64,000 bases of DNA, taken from NCBI GenBank assembly GCA_040954595.2, contig CM082581.2:11716286-11780285 (forward strand). The letters are read 5' to 3'. This document shows, in pieces, positions 12,753 to 25,938 of this stretch. The notes beneath the pieces were generated by a model. The model saw only the letters and a list, made by a program, of their open reading frames with translations, was not told where the DNA came from and did not search any database. The first letter of the stretch is position 1. Every line of letters starts with the position of its first letter. The DNA comes from Balanoglossus misakiensis (lineage: Eukaryota; Animalia; Hemichordata). The position numbers and the translations under genes were made by a program.

Positions 12753-13826
12753 CCACCGCCAGACCTCTACCTCAAGTTTAAAAAAAATACAACAAAATGT
12801 GTCTGTATCATCGCTACGGACCCCCGCTGTGTGGACGTCTGGGGTGTGCCTTCTCCGAAGATGGACGGCGACAAACTTGATGCATATGTGCCAACGAAAC
12901 ATGTACAGATTCGGATTACTCTCCACGTTGTGTATTATATTGCTGTGAACATTTCAGGACTGCGAAACGGACTTGTCAAGGATGATGTCATCCTTCACTT
13001 GGCAACAAATCCATGTATATAATATAGAAAAAAGTTTTTTTTTAAATATACACTATTATAGAGAAAATTATGTAGTATTTTTATCAATACTTTGAGAAAA
13101 AATCGGAAAAAGATTTTTGTATGTTTGATAATCCAACAAAAAATGGCCGCTGGTTAGAAATGTAACCATTAGTGGTCGAATATAGAAGGTGGGAATCTAC
13201 TTGTGAAAGTAGCTGTTTGTTTGTTTTTTCTCCCAGAAAACTCCCGCTAAATATTTATTGTTACCAAGACAATCAAGAAGATATGCATACCTAAATGATA
13301 TATGTCAAATGTAATATATGAAGTATGTTTCTGCATTTTATGTGTGATATTTTCTTTCCTAGAAGCAGATCTTACAACAAATAGAGCACAGGGTATTTGT
13401 AAAGAATGCAACATTTCTTCCCTTTTATGATTGGTCAAAAATTGTAGCAATTTTATATAACATTGGTCAGTTTTTTTACTGCTACTTTTTAAACTGACTG
13501 TTTCCATGGATACAGTGTCTCATATTCAGTCGTTTTTTTCTGCAGAGCTGGAAAATGACTGTCTTTTTTCAATTTTTTTAATTGGGCATTTGTCTTGAAT
13601 TTTATCAGCCTCACATTCTGTCTATTCCTGAAATTCTCTCCCCCGTTATATCCAGCAGGTTGTTAGTGCCTTAATGTGACCAATGATGTCATACAAAGAA
13701 AAAAGGGAAAAAAATACTGATCTTTCTAAGAACTCAGTTTTGCATCAAGCTTTGTCAATACTATGCACTTGAAGCCTTTGAAAAATAATTGCCAAGACGT
13801 ACTTCGACCAATGAACTTCGAATTTA

Positions 13827-14025
13827 GGCCAGGAGGACAAAAATGTTGTTTGGCAAAGGAACCGAGGTGAACCACTGAAATTCGACAAGAATTCTAAACA
13901 GAATTCAAAATTATTGAATGGCAATGAAGCAAACGCAAAATATTCTCTGTAGGTTTATGTGGTTACAAACAAAAAGGTGTCTTTTTCAGTGCCAATTTCA
14001 AGGAACATTTTTTGTCCTCCTGGCC
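13827..14025. mobile_element. 199-bp MITE, PIF/Harbinger (Tourist)-like
   Basis: Terminal inverted repeats GGCCAGGAGGACAAAAATGTT ... AACATTTTTTGTCCTCCTGGCC (one-base indel in the A-run), flanked on both sides by TTA (13824-13826 and 14026-14028). A 3-bp TWA target duplication with GGC termini is characteristic of PIF/Harbinger elements. No coding capacity. Confidence 0.8.
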
Positions 14026-14309
14026 TTATTAAAAAAATGAAATTTGCCAATTTATATTTCCATAGAACCAATCATCTGGCCACAATGTAGTCGATAACTC
14101 CTCACTGCCAATCATGTCTGGGTGTCATGACAACATGTCTAATAAGGAATGATTATTATTTTTAATGGTCTTTTTGCAGCTGTATGATATTGTTGCACTG
14201 GCTGTCTCCATGGTTACGTAGTAGCCACTGTCATTATACTGCTGTCCTCTCCAATTGTCTTTCCTGTACTCCATAATCAATGTCCAAACAAATGTTTTTG
14301 TAAAGCCGC

Positions 14310-14368
14310 AATAAAATTGGCAAATATTTTACAGTAAATACATTGTCTTTGTTGATGTTTTGTGTGGT
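14310..14368 (+). terminator. Probable FGFRL1 polyadenylation signal and downstream GU-rich element
   Basis: AATAAA at 14310-14315, CA about 25 nt later (14341), then ttgtctttgttgatgttttgtgtggt. Implies a 3'UTR of about 1.6 kb. Confidence 0.6.
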
Positions 14369-14487
14369 AATTGAGTTTAGATTAATGAGGTAAAGCAACC
14401 AATATGCTGATCCGTTGATTGCCAGCAAAGAATGAAGGGATTGTGATTATCCATTGTGTAGAGTGACAGAAGTGGCACGTTTTATTA

Positions 14488-14652
14488 TTAGACGGGGGAA
14501 AATCCTTTATTATGGATAACACGGGATACCTCTTTATTAAGGGTGGATTTTTTCTGGGCCAAAAGTCGCAAATTAAACCGTATTTCACCAGTCTACTAGG
14601 ATATATTGGCACTATTTCTGAAGGGTGTCCCTAATTAGTCAGGTCTCCCTGC
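14488..14652. mobile_element. Possible degenerate Tc1/mariner-pogo type MITE remnant
   Basis: Right end gggtgtccctaattagtcaggtctccctg and internal CCT(CT)TTATTA motifs resemble, from memory, CAGTGGAACCT...TATTAAGGACAC-type MITE ends. Left TIR and TSD are not clean. Confidence 0.25.
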
Positions 14653-17600
14653 AACAATAGATCTTTATTGTCCCGTACAGTGATAATTGGTCCCTTGCAC
14701 AAAATTATTAGAGAATAACGTCAAAGGTTATGCAAGATGACATGCTTTAAAAAAATGGAAAATTTATAGTCTGCACGGAAAATCTATTTTAATTCCTGCC
14801 ACAATTCAGAACATCTGGTCTTGGAAACTATAAACGGAAGGCTTGTATAAATATATGAAGCAGCCTCTGCACGTCAGTTTGGTGATATGACTATTGATGG
14901 GTGCGGTGTCATTCTATACTTCGGTAGGTGGTTGGAGTTGAAGGGTTTGGGGTGGGGTGGGGTAGGGATTTGGGGAAAGGGGTTGTTAGTGCATCTTAAA
15001 TGCCATGTAATGTCATGCTGTTCATATTTCAGTAAGATTTTTAACTGCAAAGATTGATAACTGCTTCACCAATGCAGTGGTGACATTATGACAGAGATGA
15101 AAAAAACAGACCAGGGCTTGGATCTCGTCACTCTTCCTTCTGTTTTCTACTTTGTGAAAACCTTTACATGTGGCACCGAAACACCAGAACCTCATATTCG
15201 TTTATCACTATGTTCGCATGAGGGCGCCAGACGGATTACATCAAAATGTCTCTTCATCCTGACCACCCCTTGACATTTAATGACAGATTCTCCGACAGAG
15301 GGCGCCCACTGCCAGCCTCGCAAATCCAGGTCTCGCGAGTCAGATTTCTTATTTTTCAGAAGTGCACGTTTATGGCATCAGAGCAAATGAGATAAAATGT
15401 CATTTGGAGGAAAAGATTGCAAACGTAAGACGGCAGAAATGACGTGCTCTGAGTGGGAGAGTTATCTACCGTCTTTTAGCCATTAAATCTGCTCAAAGCG
15501 AGGACGTAAAACCCAAGACGGATGGGAAAAGACGCTTCATTACTTAAAGTAAGGAGCGACGAACATATAGTAAGATCACGTGATAACGTGAAGTACCTTC
15601 TTCACGCGTGTTTACGAGCATAGCTGGTGTCAATCCCCGACATCTGAAATATTCTGGTGCTACACACCTGATTACGCGTGCGTGGAAGGAAACTCAAGAA
15701 ATTCTATCGAATGTTCATGACTATCACGTGTTTTTGATCACTTTTCTGTCCTCTTTATCGTTCGATGGGGAGATGTGATGAGACACATACTGGGAAATTC
15801 GACTCACTTCATTCGATGACATGAATACATTCTCGGGTAGCAAAAAAAATCATTCCAGTGTTAGTTCTTTGCTTCTTGTATAAAACGAGCGCAAATGCGG
15901 ATTTTTTTGTCCGCGAAATTTTAAAATATTAAGGTTTACAGCTCTTGCGTCTCTATGTTGAAATAACACGGATGAAACCATGGCAACCGAAGATCCATGC
16001 TTAATATTAAGAGACTTGGCTCAGAGATTGCATTTTATTGCTTCGGCTGTTAATGTACTGTATTTCTATACCGTTGAGAATATTACAAATGGTTCTAACA
16101 TTCTAGAGACAGCGTGTTTATTAAAATATGAGCCCGGGAAACAAGCAGCTCGCCATCTCTCTTCTCAACGGACCAATGAACGCCCGAGCCCCGCATGGTT
16201 AAGTATTTTCGGAGGGGGGGGGGGGCTGAAATAACTGAGAACCTCTCAGTTCTACTCTGCTGTAATGACCGTTATTCATACACAGACTGCATGCTTACTC
16301 ACACGTTTGCTTACAGCAGGAGCAACCGCCTTATAGCAGCGTCTATGGAGTACGCAAAACACCTGGGGATTCGCTGTTTAAGAACAAGTTCATAAATAAT
16401 TAAATAAGTTAATGGACTGTATGAGGTACAAGAACGCTCCCAAAAGGCTTCAATTAGCACCGTTTATGTTCACGGTTCCACAACCCTGGAGATATTTTTT
16501 GTTTAGCTTTGGATTTCGTGGGGATGATCACGTTTTATTACTCAATTGCGCGCCAGTGAAAACGTTCCATCTCCGGTGATATGACATGATTTACTATTTT
16601 GTCCTTGGGAACCCGGCATTGGTAAGATATACTTGTAGCTGTCTCTGGGCATACAACAGAGATCATGGTGGTTCTTACGACATGAGAGCATGCGGTGTTT
16701 CTGAAGTGGTGTTTCGAATAAGGGAGAAAGAAGGGAGGGAAGGAGAGATAACACTTTTTTTGTTTTCTCATACTTTTCTTTTTGTCTTCACGAACATCTG
16801 TGCTCGTTGCTTTGAACTTTTCAACACAATGACTAATCACAAATGATAGTCGATAGACGACCCTCTCGTGCCCGAGAATGGCTGCCGTGATGTGACAATC
16901 ATCTCCCCAAACGACATCAGATTTTTCGACAACCAAATATACTTACTGGTCAGACTTTTCTAGTTCCTGGTTCCAGCCCCTTTCAGAACAACCGGCGTAA
17001 TTGGCACGTTGCAAAGTGTTAATTCAGCCATCTTGTTCTGATTGGTTGTCCACATGTTATTTAAATATTCAAAAATGCTAATTTCAGCCTGCCAGTAGCA
17101 GTGCCCGATGGCACGTCGGTATTTTGAGCAGGTGCTCTGACCCGTTCGGTAGAATCACGGTGGAATCCGGTCGCAAACCCACTGAGTTGCACGCGATACG
17201 AGCGAAACTGGCACAAATGTGGGTAAGTTCAGTGAACCAGTGTGTGACAAAACTCTGAACAGCTGAATGTGAATGTGAGAGATTTCCTTGACCGTGGCCT
17301 TTGACACGTTCGGTCTCGTAACTCAAGCTTCTTTGTAACTGGTGCTGACAGAGATGGATCTAATGCACGTGGATGGCCCCAGGCAAACTCCCGGATTTCG
17401 TTGACAAGATAACCTAGATTGATTGTCATGACAGCCTCTGACAGGTCCAGCTGTGCGAAGTGAAGTCAACCGAGAATCAACAGAGCAGATGCAAGAACAT
17501 TGATACTGGTCAGTCGGGTAACTTTTAGGGGAGGGAGGGGGGGGGGGGTAAGGATATCTCGACTTTTGGCCCAGGGCCATGGCAACATCAGATAAACGTT

Positions 17601-20600
17601 TCTATCTAATGCCCCAGGCTGTAAATTCTTCGCGGTTCCTTTTAACACAAATAGGTGACTTTCCCCTCAACGTTCGACGATTACTCAGAGTCAATAAATC
17701 GAAGAAAATGAAATAAATATCTTGTTTGATATATCAAAGTTCAATGTACGAAGGTCACGGAGTAAGTAAGTAAATCATGCCAGTCGCCTATTCATAAAAT
17801 TATTACAAAATTATCAAGGGAATAGAAACTATTTCAGCAGGGAATATTAAACCTATCAATTCAAGTACTGATGGATTTTTTCCCAGTCTAATATAATAAA
17901 AATAATCACAAAAAACGAATCGTTAGAGTATCATATTAAGTCTACCCGTCAAAAATTAATAACGTCGTTAAAATCATTCTTTTCGCACTGGATATTAACG
18001 CTAAAATGTTCGGCTTCTAGTTGTTTTTCAAATCATCACGTGAACGAGGCCATGGGGCTGGTAACAATCGTTTCATTCGTCCGTCAAAACTTAAGTTGGG
18101 TTTTTGTATCGATGGATGTGATTGGTGCTTAAATTGATGACGTCATTTCTTACATGCGGTAAATGGCGGCTCACATGGCTGTGTATAGCTGCCCTTTTGC
18201 GACTAATGTGTTTTACGTTGCTGGTTATCATAAATAATTCGTATGACAGAAAAAAACGACCATAAAATGTGTCTATGTTGAAGAGTACAGGTTATTACTC
18301 CCGTCAGGGTTGTTAGAATGCCTCGCTTCAGTTTGCGGCAGTTTGTGACTTCAATCAGCGTCTCCGCTCCTGTCCGCTAACAAGGAAGTTCCGACGTTAA
18401 CAACAAATACTGCTGATATTGACCGAATATGTCTGAAATCAACGGTGATTATATCGGTGTCCCCAAGGGCAAGCCTTGATTGCTAATAGTGTGCGCGAGA
18501 TAAGTTCAAAAGCGTCAAAGCGACCACCGTGCAATGTACATTGTACTTTAACAGAAGTCAAAGGTCACACGATCAATGATCGAAATCAATCAGTCTTATG
18601 TACACTTGCCTTCGAAAAACAAAATGATCAGAAATATGCATCTAGGACATATTCTTATTTCAGTGACGAAATGACCAACATGCACACGTTTTTTTTTCAA
18701 ACACATCGGGATAAACAGGAATGTTCATAGTCAGCAAATCAACAAGGCTGTAATTTTTACGGATGTTGTTTGGCCGGCTATTAATTTGATATTTTATGCC
18801 CGTCATTACTCGGTGTTTTGGATCCTCCCACATACAATAACTTTGAGCAATTACAGTCATGACACATACGCAGTGTCAGGGAACCAGACTGTGCATGTGC
18901 TTGGTTTCGGACTTTTCAGATTCTTACGTAATCTAGCCCTTAGATCATAAAGTCGTTCACCTGTTGCCTTTCACCTACTAGTACTAAGCACAAGCCTTCT
19001 TTACATAAAATACTGACGTTTCTACAACATTTTAAATGCAAGTATAGAGACTGAAGCGTACCCAGGGCCAAGCAGATGACAGTCAACAGCCGAGAACCCC
19101 CCCCCCCCCCCCGCGCCGGGCTACTTTGCCTTTTTCCGACCAGCAACTTTTCAAAATGTATGCTTACATATTCCTAATGGACGTATTTGTTCTCGCATGA
19201 TACCCTCCTTATCATCCTTACAAACCAAGTTTAATTACTCATGCAGATAGCGCCAAAATAGCCGCTTTGATACGTCACAGAGCAAAAATAGGTTCCCACA
19301 TAGTCACACTCACCCTATGTTGTTGCTCCGTTTCCTCGTGCATCAAACCGCCTACATTCATCTCCTTTTTAACTTATCTTCATCGACCCCGAGTGTACAT
19401 CATTCACTTCACCCCATCACTCAAATAGTGTGTCTTTATCACTCATAAATAACACTGTACACGAGATCCATCGCTAATCTTGATTACGCGAAATTTATAT
19501 GGCCCGTCTCCTTAGCATTGCTTTCCCATGCTCAATAAAAAAGTTTAAAGTTTTACCAGATCACGTGGTACAATTATATAAACATAACTGCATATACGTA
19601 GCCGTTGGCAATAAGGGCGCCAGAGTCTATAACTAACGAAGAGGCAGGTTTACAAATAATTAAGATAGAACTACTCCGGAAATCTCGAGAAGTTTACGAC
19701 TATCGTAAATATCAATAAGGTTGTGTGTTTGATGTATCGGAGAATTGAGATAGCCTGCTTTGAATACTACTTTATAATTTCTTGGCTTTAATAAATCATC
19801 AAAATGCCCCGAACAGAAACGCTAATCCAATGTGCATGTGAACATATATGCGTTATTCCCCCAAATGATATTTCTTGTGCGACAATTTATTGGGATTTTC
19901 GCGTTAGTCACACACCTTACACGGCGATAACGCGAATAAGGGGTCAGTAAACACGTACGCAGGCGGCAGCTGTAGCGTGTGAGTGACTTCATAATTGGAA
20001 AAAAACCTCGCTACAAACATAGCCAGACTGTTTGTCATTCGGTGTTTATTGAATTTTCCGTGGGTAACAAGAGTGCGAAGTATTAATTACGAACCCCGAG
20101 AGACATTGTTGTGCGACACAATCTCTCGAAAACACACATATTTTACTTAACTCGCAGACATGCATTAATAACTCACAAAAGCTGTGGTGACAAACCGGAT
20201 AATGACGTCGTTAATTGTAATAACAATCTCAGTCATACCGACATGTCCACAAGACTGCACACTGTACTTGTGTGTGCACACAATTATGTGACGTCACAGT
20301 TGTTTGCCAGTAAAATCTCACACAGTAGCTTGTAAACTTCCGGCTCTGTCAATAAATCTTGAATTTTGAATCATAACTGTAAACAATGCGACATGAGTAG
20401 AACAAACCAGGTTGTAATATTACGCTGTTTTCATGAATGTTCTAGACTTGTACAATACCCATTGAATAGTAGTCTAGCCTTCAAATTATGCACAAAGTGC
20501 ATTTTCTCGATAATACATCTAAAACATGACCAATAACGACTCTAAAAAGACTTTTTTTCTCCAAACAGCTAGATTACGTGACGTAAACGGAAATAGCTAA

Positions 20601-23139
20601 ATACAGATTTCAGCAAATTGTCACGATTTCAGAAAATTTAAAGTTTCTGAATTAAAAAAGGTCTTTCATCGATTTCTACGCAAGAAAAGATGGTTTTGAT
20701 AGCAGGCTGCGTGGATGTTACCTATTGTGTCAGCGAATTCACCCGACAATAAATCGATATTAACGATGGAAACCGCGTGCTGTGGTGTTACTTCATAAAG
20801 TCACAGGAACTCCACGGATTCATTTAATCATTATTAACTCAGCGGCAAGTCCCTTTATTAATTTTAATTTACATCATTTGAAGTTTACAGAATGCAATCG
20901 ATAACACAGTGACACAAGAACGTCAAATTTCACTTTTGAATTATTTAAGCATCGATTCGCGACAGGTTAAGCTTCGCAATCTGCAGTGTGGGATACTGGA
21001 TGGATCTAGATTTCTAAGTCAAGTTTTCTTTCTAAAATTCAAACTAAGTTGTGCGCAAACTTTCCGCGTTGAGCGATTTTGAAACAACACAAAGCATTGA
21101 CACCTTATGAACCAAACGCCCACCTGAAGAGCAGTTTGTCACGAAGTAATATGGCCGCCATCGTGTGTAATCGTCATTCGGTTCTTGCACACGCAGCAAG
21201 AAGCTTGGAAGTAGTCAATGCTATTTTGATGAAAAAGTTTTGTTGATTGCCTTCTGAAGAGAGCATGCATACCGAAGTAATCGTCCCACGCTTTCCTGAC
21301 TTTTTGTTGTTGTTCGACTGAAGATATCTCGGCGTTGGAGAAGTAATTGAATAGGCTGTTGACCAAGTCGCCAGGAAAGTGCGCTTGCACTTAGCCACGC
21401 ATGAGCAGACAATCATCCCTTTTGATGGAAACACGTGATTAATCTGATGCCAAAGAAAATTAACTCGCAGCGCAAACCTCTTTTCCACAGGCTCGACTAT
21501 AAACATCGAGTAATAACCTCTAAAAGGGCAATATTACGAATTAAGTTTCGATCACAGGCGATTTGTCGAGACCAAGATTACGTAGCTAACACAGAACTCC
21601 GATTATAGGCCGTGTCATCATGCTGAGGCGGCCATGCCAGGCATGCGGAGACACCACGCTGAGGGACCTATGTGCTCACTGGAAAGAAACTAACTAGACT
21701 AAGATTGGTTTTATTGAAAAGTTACTGTTGAGCTGCAGATAATGAGACACTACAAATAGAAGAACCCTTCAGATTGATAAAAATGATCATCCTGCGTGTA
21801 TCAGCTGAAGCCGACTGAACACAGAAGGATAAACATCTTTCACAGTCACTTCTCCAGACACATCGCTGGTAAACGACATTTTTCGCGCCAAACACATGTA
21901 GACTATTATCAACCATCTATCGTCAACGTCACTGTGACGGAAATAATCAGTGATTTGTGTTGCATTTTTGCAATTCTAAATTTTCGCGCAATAAATCTAT
22001 ATCTTAGGTGTCACAGGTTTCAGCAGATGTAAATAAACTATGTTACACAGTTATTCTTACATCGTGCATGAAATGCGTGCTTAGACCGTCAAAACATTTC
22101 AGTCTACCAATTTAAGAACAGAACAGTGTGAAAATAAGACAGAAAACGAACCACTATAGACTATTCGTATTTACATGGTAAAACTGAAAAGACGTCGATG
22201 CACTCTGGCCGCTGCGATACACGCTGCACAATTTGTTTGTTCACTGTCACCGTGACAGCTTATAAGCGCTGTCCGCTTGTAATATGTGTCTGTAAACGAT
22301 TGGTGAACTGCACAATACGAGGAAAATTATCCACATACAACAAATCAGGAGGGTGATTACATACCTTTTGAAGGCGTCATTCATGTTTCATAGGGTAATT
22401 TGGGCGTCCAATGTATTACCGACAAGGTGAATTAATTGACTGCCAATAGGAAATTGATAGTACGTGATGTGTCGCTTGTTTGCTATCAAAAAAGAACCCA
22501 GTATCTCTAGCATACGAACATGCATAGTTTCATTTCACGAAAATAAAGGTTAGTCTGGTATTCGTGTATGTCCTATTCCATATATTCGATTAGCTTTGAA
22601 AACGTCGGCGTTGTTTGATTATTGACCCGTAGTAATTATCGATGTAGAATCAGTAGTGTTTCATTCAGTCCCAAATAAATACTACTGAGGCTTATGCTTT
22701 TCTTCTGATTGAATGACTTCCTTAAGGTGATGGGTGTCGAGAAAAACCAACGGACAAGACATAGAAATGTCTTCCTTAAAAAAATCACCACTTCGCATCC
22801 TTAATTTGCCCTTTAAAACAGGAACCGTGACGCAAACGAAGCATATAATCTCCAGGAGCATTCAGGTAACATTACATTCAGATTGTGCAATCGAAATGCT
22901 AAACTGCAACCATGGAAACGGATTTAGCTACACTTGTGCGCACCAGGAATCAAAGCAGGTATAAAATATAGGATTTTAGGACTTTGGAAGTTATAATGAC
23001 TAGATCTGACTTGTTTATCAAGAAACGAAACAATCTGCATTCTGGTCGTTTTCTTTCTTATCTGACACAATCCGTCTCCTTACATGTCTGTACACTGACA
23101 GAATTAAACAAGACGGGAAATTTTATTCTCTTGTCAATT

Positions 23140-23198
23140 GAGAGGGGGGAGAGGGAGGGAGGGAGGGAGGGAGGGAGAGAGAGAGAGAGAGAGAGAGA
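23140..23198. repeat. Compound purine microsatellite (GGGA)n(GA)n
   Basis: gagagggggagagggagggagggagggagggagggagagagagagagagagagagaga read directly. Confidence 0.9.
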
Positions 23199-25938
23199 CC
23201 GAGCTTAAGACAAATTAAAGTTTCAAGAAAGCGTGCACTTCTGGAAGGCATCTCTGAAAAACCCGCCAGGCGCGATTATGTGAGGATGAAACAGGATTAG
23301 TCAGTTGCGTGTCTGGTGAGATCACCAACAAATTAGGCAATCGCAGAGAGTAATGTAATAAAAGGCGCCGCCAGCCCTGGAGACCAAAACATTTCAACTG
23401 TTCGAATTACATTACAGGACAAATTTGATGTTTCCTCGAATCAATCCCAACATCGTCTCTAATTGACAAGTCGCGAGTCCTCAAAGAACATGTCATCGTT
23501 GATGAATCAGTCCTGTTTGTCGGTGACAGTGGCTTGGAATCAATTGACGTCTTGGTTATTTGTCCTGGCACCGTCTCCGAAAGAACTCACAGCCCCCTTA
23601 ACTGGGCTAAATCAAGCAGGGCCAAAGAACAGCCGTTTTGTTGATAAAACTTCAGAGCCCATTGAAATTACATGCATGAAGTACAAAGACCGCATCAAAG
23701 GTGTCAATTCAGTTTTCAAGTGCAATTTTCTACACAATGCAAGTGGGACTCTACATAAAGCAGGCGCGACTTTGTAATTTGCATGTCCATTGATTAAATT
23801 TCCTGACACATTCCACTGTGACGCATTTAAATAACGCGTCTTGATTAAACCTGAGCCAAACGTGTTTTACCCCAAGAAAAAAAACACCGCAAAAGTTATG
23901 TCAGATGGAGACGGTTTGCATCAACGCCGCGCAATTCAGTAAAAACGTCCGTTGAATTTGATTTGGCAGAGTGAAACCAGGTTGGCAGTACACTGTACAT
24001 ATTCATGCGACATCTGTTTAAATATTTGTCACTTCATATGCAGATATTTATGTCGACATGTCGACATACCCCATGATTTATAGAGTATTACAGAATATGT
24101 TTCATGTATGTGCATACACATTCCACATTCCATAGTTATATTACACGAGGACGCAGATAGCCAAAATTTGTTTTACCTTCCATGGCGCATATGATATATT
24201 TTTCATACATAATATTTCTGGCTGTTTTTTTTACCTTCGGTCTCAGATGCATGGCAAGAAAACAAAGGAACCTAGTACTTCTACGCGTATAGTGATAAAT
24301 CAATGATAATCAATGACAAGTATGTCATATTCTGTTGTTTCTTGAACAGGTGTTGCCCTTCTTATATGCAGATCATCTATTTTCAGTCGTAGCTGCTTCC
24401 CAGAAACCTTTGCTTTTGTACTTCCTGCGAATTTCTGACCTATTCAAGCAATTAGCAATACATAATAATTTAAGCAGTGGCACCATGGTTCTGGGAGTAA
24501 TAAGCAAATAAGTTTAACTATTTTTTTTTATTTCAGGGACCTCATATTACCGCGAATAAGAGAGACGACATGCGCAGATATGTTTGACTGCACAGAGATA
24601 TGCGCAGCCAGCAAGAGGTAGCGGAACTGGTCACCTTTACAAAGTACACGGAAACACAACACAGAAGTCTTTCCTTAAATCGATAAATATACGACGAGTA
24701 GATGCTACTCTCCCTAGATTGAAATCGAATTTACGTCATTCTGGAATTAATAAACGATAACGCTGATCTCCTACCCACGTTATCAAATCTCGGTTTCAGC
24801 GCGCATGACAGGGAATTTTGCCATCAATTTGGGCTCCTTCTTCTACTCTAAATATAGAAGAACATGATTCAGACCCGTCTTTAAAATACTGCTTGTTTTA
24901 TACTCAGGTCCAAAGGTCAAACACATAAACACTTTGAGAGTTTATAATTATGCTCGAGTTGAAGTTTTGCTGTTTTTACGACCCACTTAGATTTGTGAAT
25001 CCGCAAGTTATTCACACGGGCACAGGTAGCAATCTCCCTTGCATCGCCCCCAAGGGTTAAATATTTCAAATGGACATGGTAATAACTACACCATGATATA
25101 TCAACCAATTTCAGGTGTAACATGACAACTACGTTTAACCAGGTGTTGTTTGGCGCTAGCATGTATTTTTTTATTCAACGGGCGAATTTAAGCTTGACTG
25201 CCGTGCAAGTCATAAATACAAATAACTAGCTAGTATAGTTGAAAAAGATAAATTTGCAAATCCCGTGTATGCTGCGAGACGCTTTGTAAAACGTAGTGAG
25301 AGTAGGCGGTAAAGGTAATAATTTCTCGCGGCATCTGGTGACGTACCCGCAGGAGTTTCAAGTTCCACGGTGCCTGAAAGAAGTTTATGACACCGGAGTA
25401 GTTCATCATCGCGCATCACCTTATTATCGGATATAGTTTTAATGTTCGCACACTGGAGGTGGTGTGTGGCCTTCAGCTCGACCTACATTTAATTGTATAT
25501 CCTCGCGGCGATGTAAACACCCCCACGGTTACAAGCTTAAATACAAAGTGACTGACCGTATGCTCGGCATTTATGCGTTTCTGTTCCAAATTCAGCGCGG
25601 AAATACACCGAATCAGTCATAAAAAAAACGGGTGATAAAACTTGACTGGCGATGCAGCATATCGTGACAGAGCGATCTGCGACAAAAACACCGCAATCAA
25701 AACCACAGGTAGGAAACATGATCGGGGAAAGAAAATCGAAGTCTCGGGTGACTGTGAAAGGTGAATTTCAGATTCAGACTTCTTTGCTTTTCTTTACCCG
25801 TTTCTACGCCATCATGATGGAGTTCGTATTCTTCTTCACTATAAAAGAGAAAAGAACATCATCTATCTATTTTTGAATAATCTTTCATCACGCATTGTAC
25901 AAGAGATCAAATGCTTTCGCGGATCCTACGGCAAAACA

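Noticed and set aside
14554-17574. 15-bp inverted match CTGGGCCAAAAGTCG (14554) / CGACTTTTGGCCCAG (17560) as transposon ends
   Set aside because: Short, with no TSD and no extension of the match; plausibly chance or unrelated repeat fragments.
21139-21506. Protein-like minus-strand ORFs
   Set aside because: No identifiable homology or clear splice sites.
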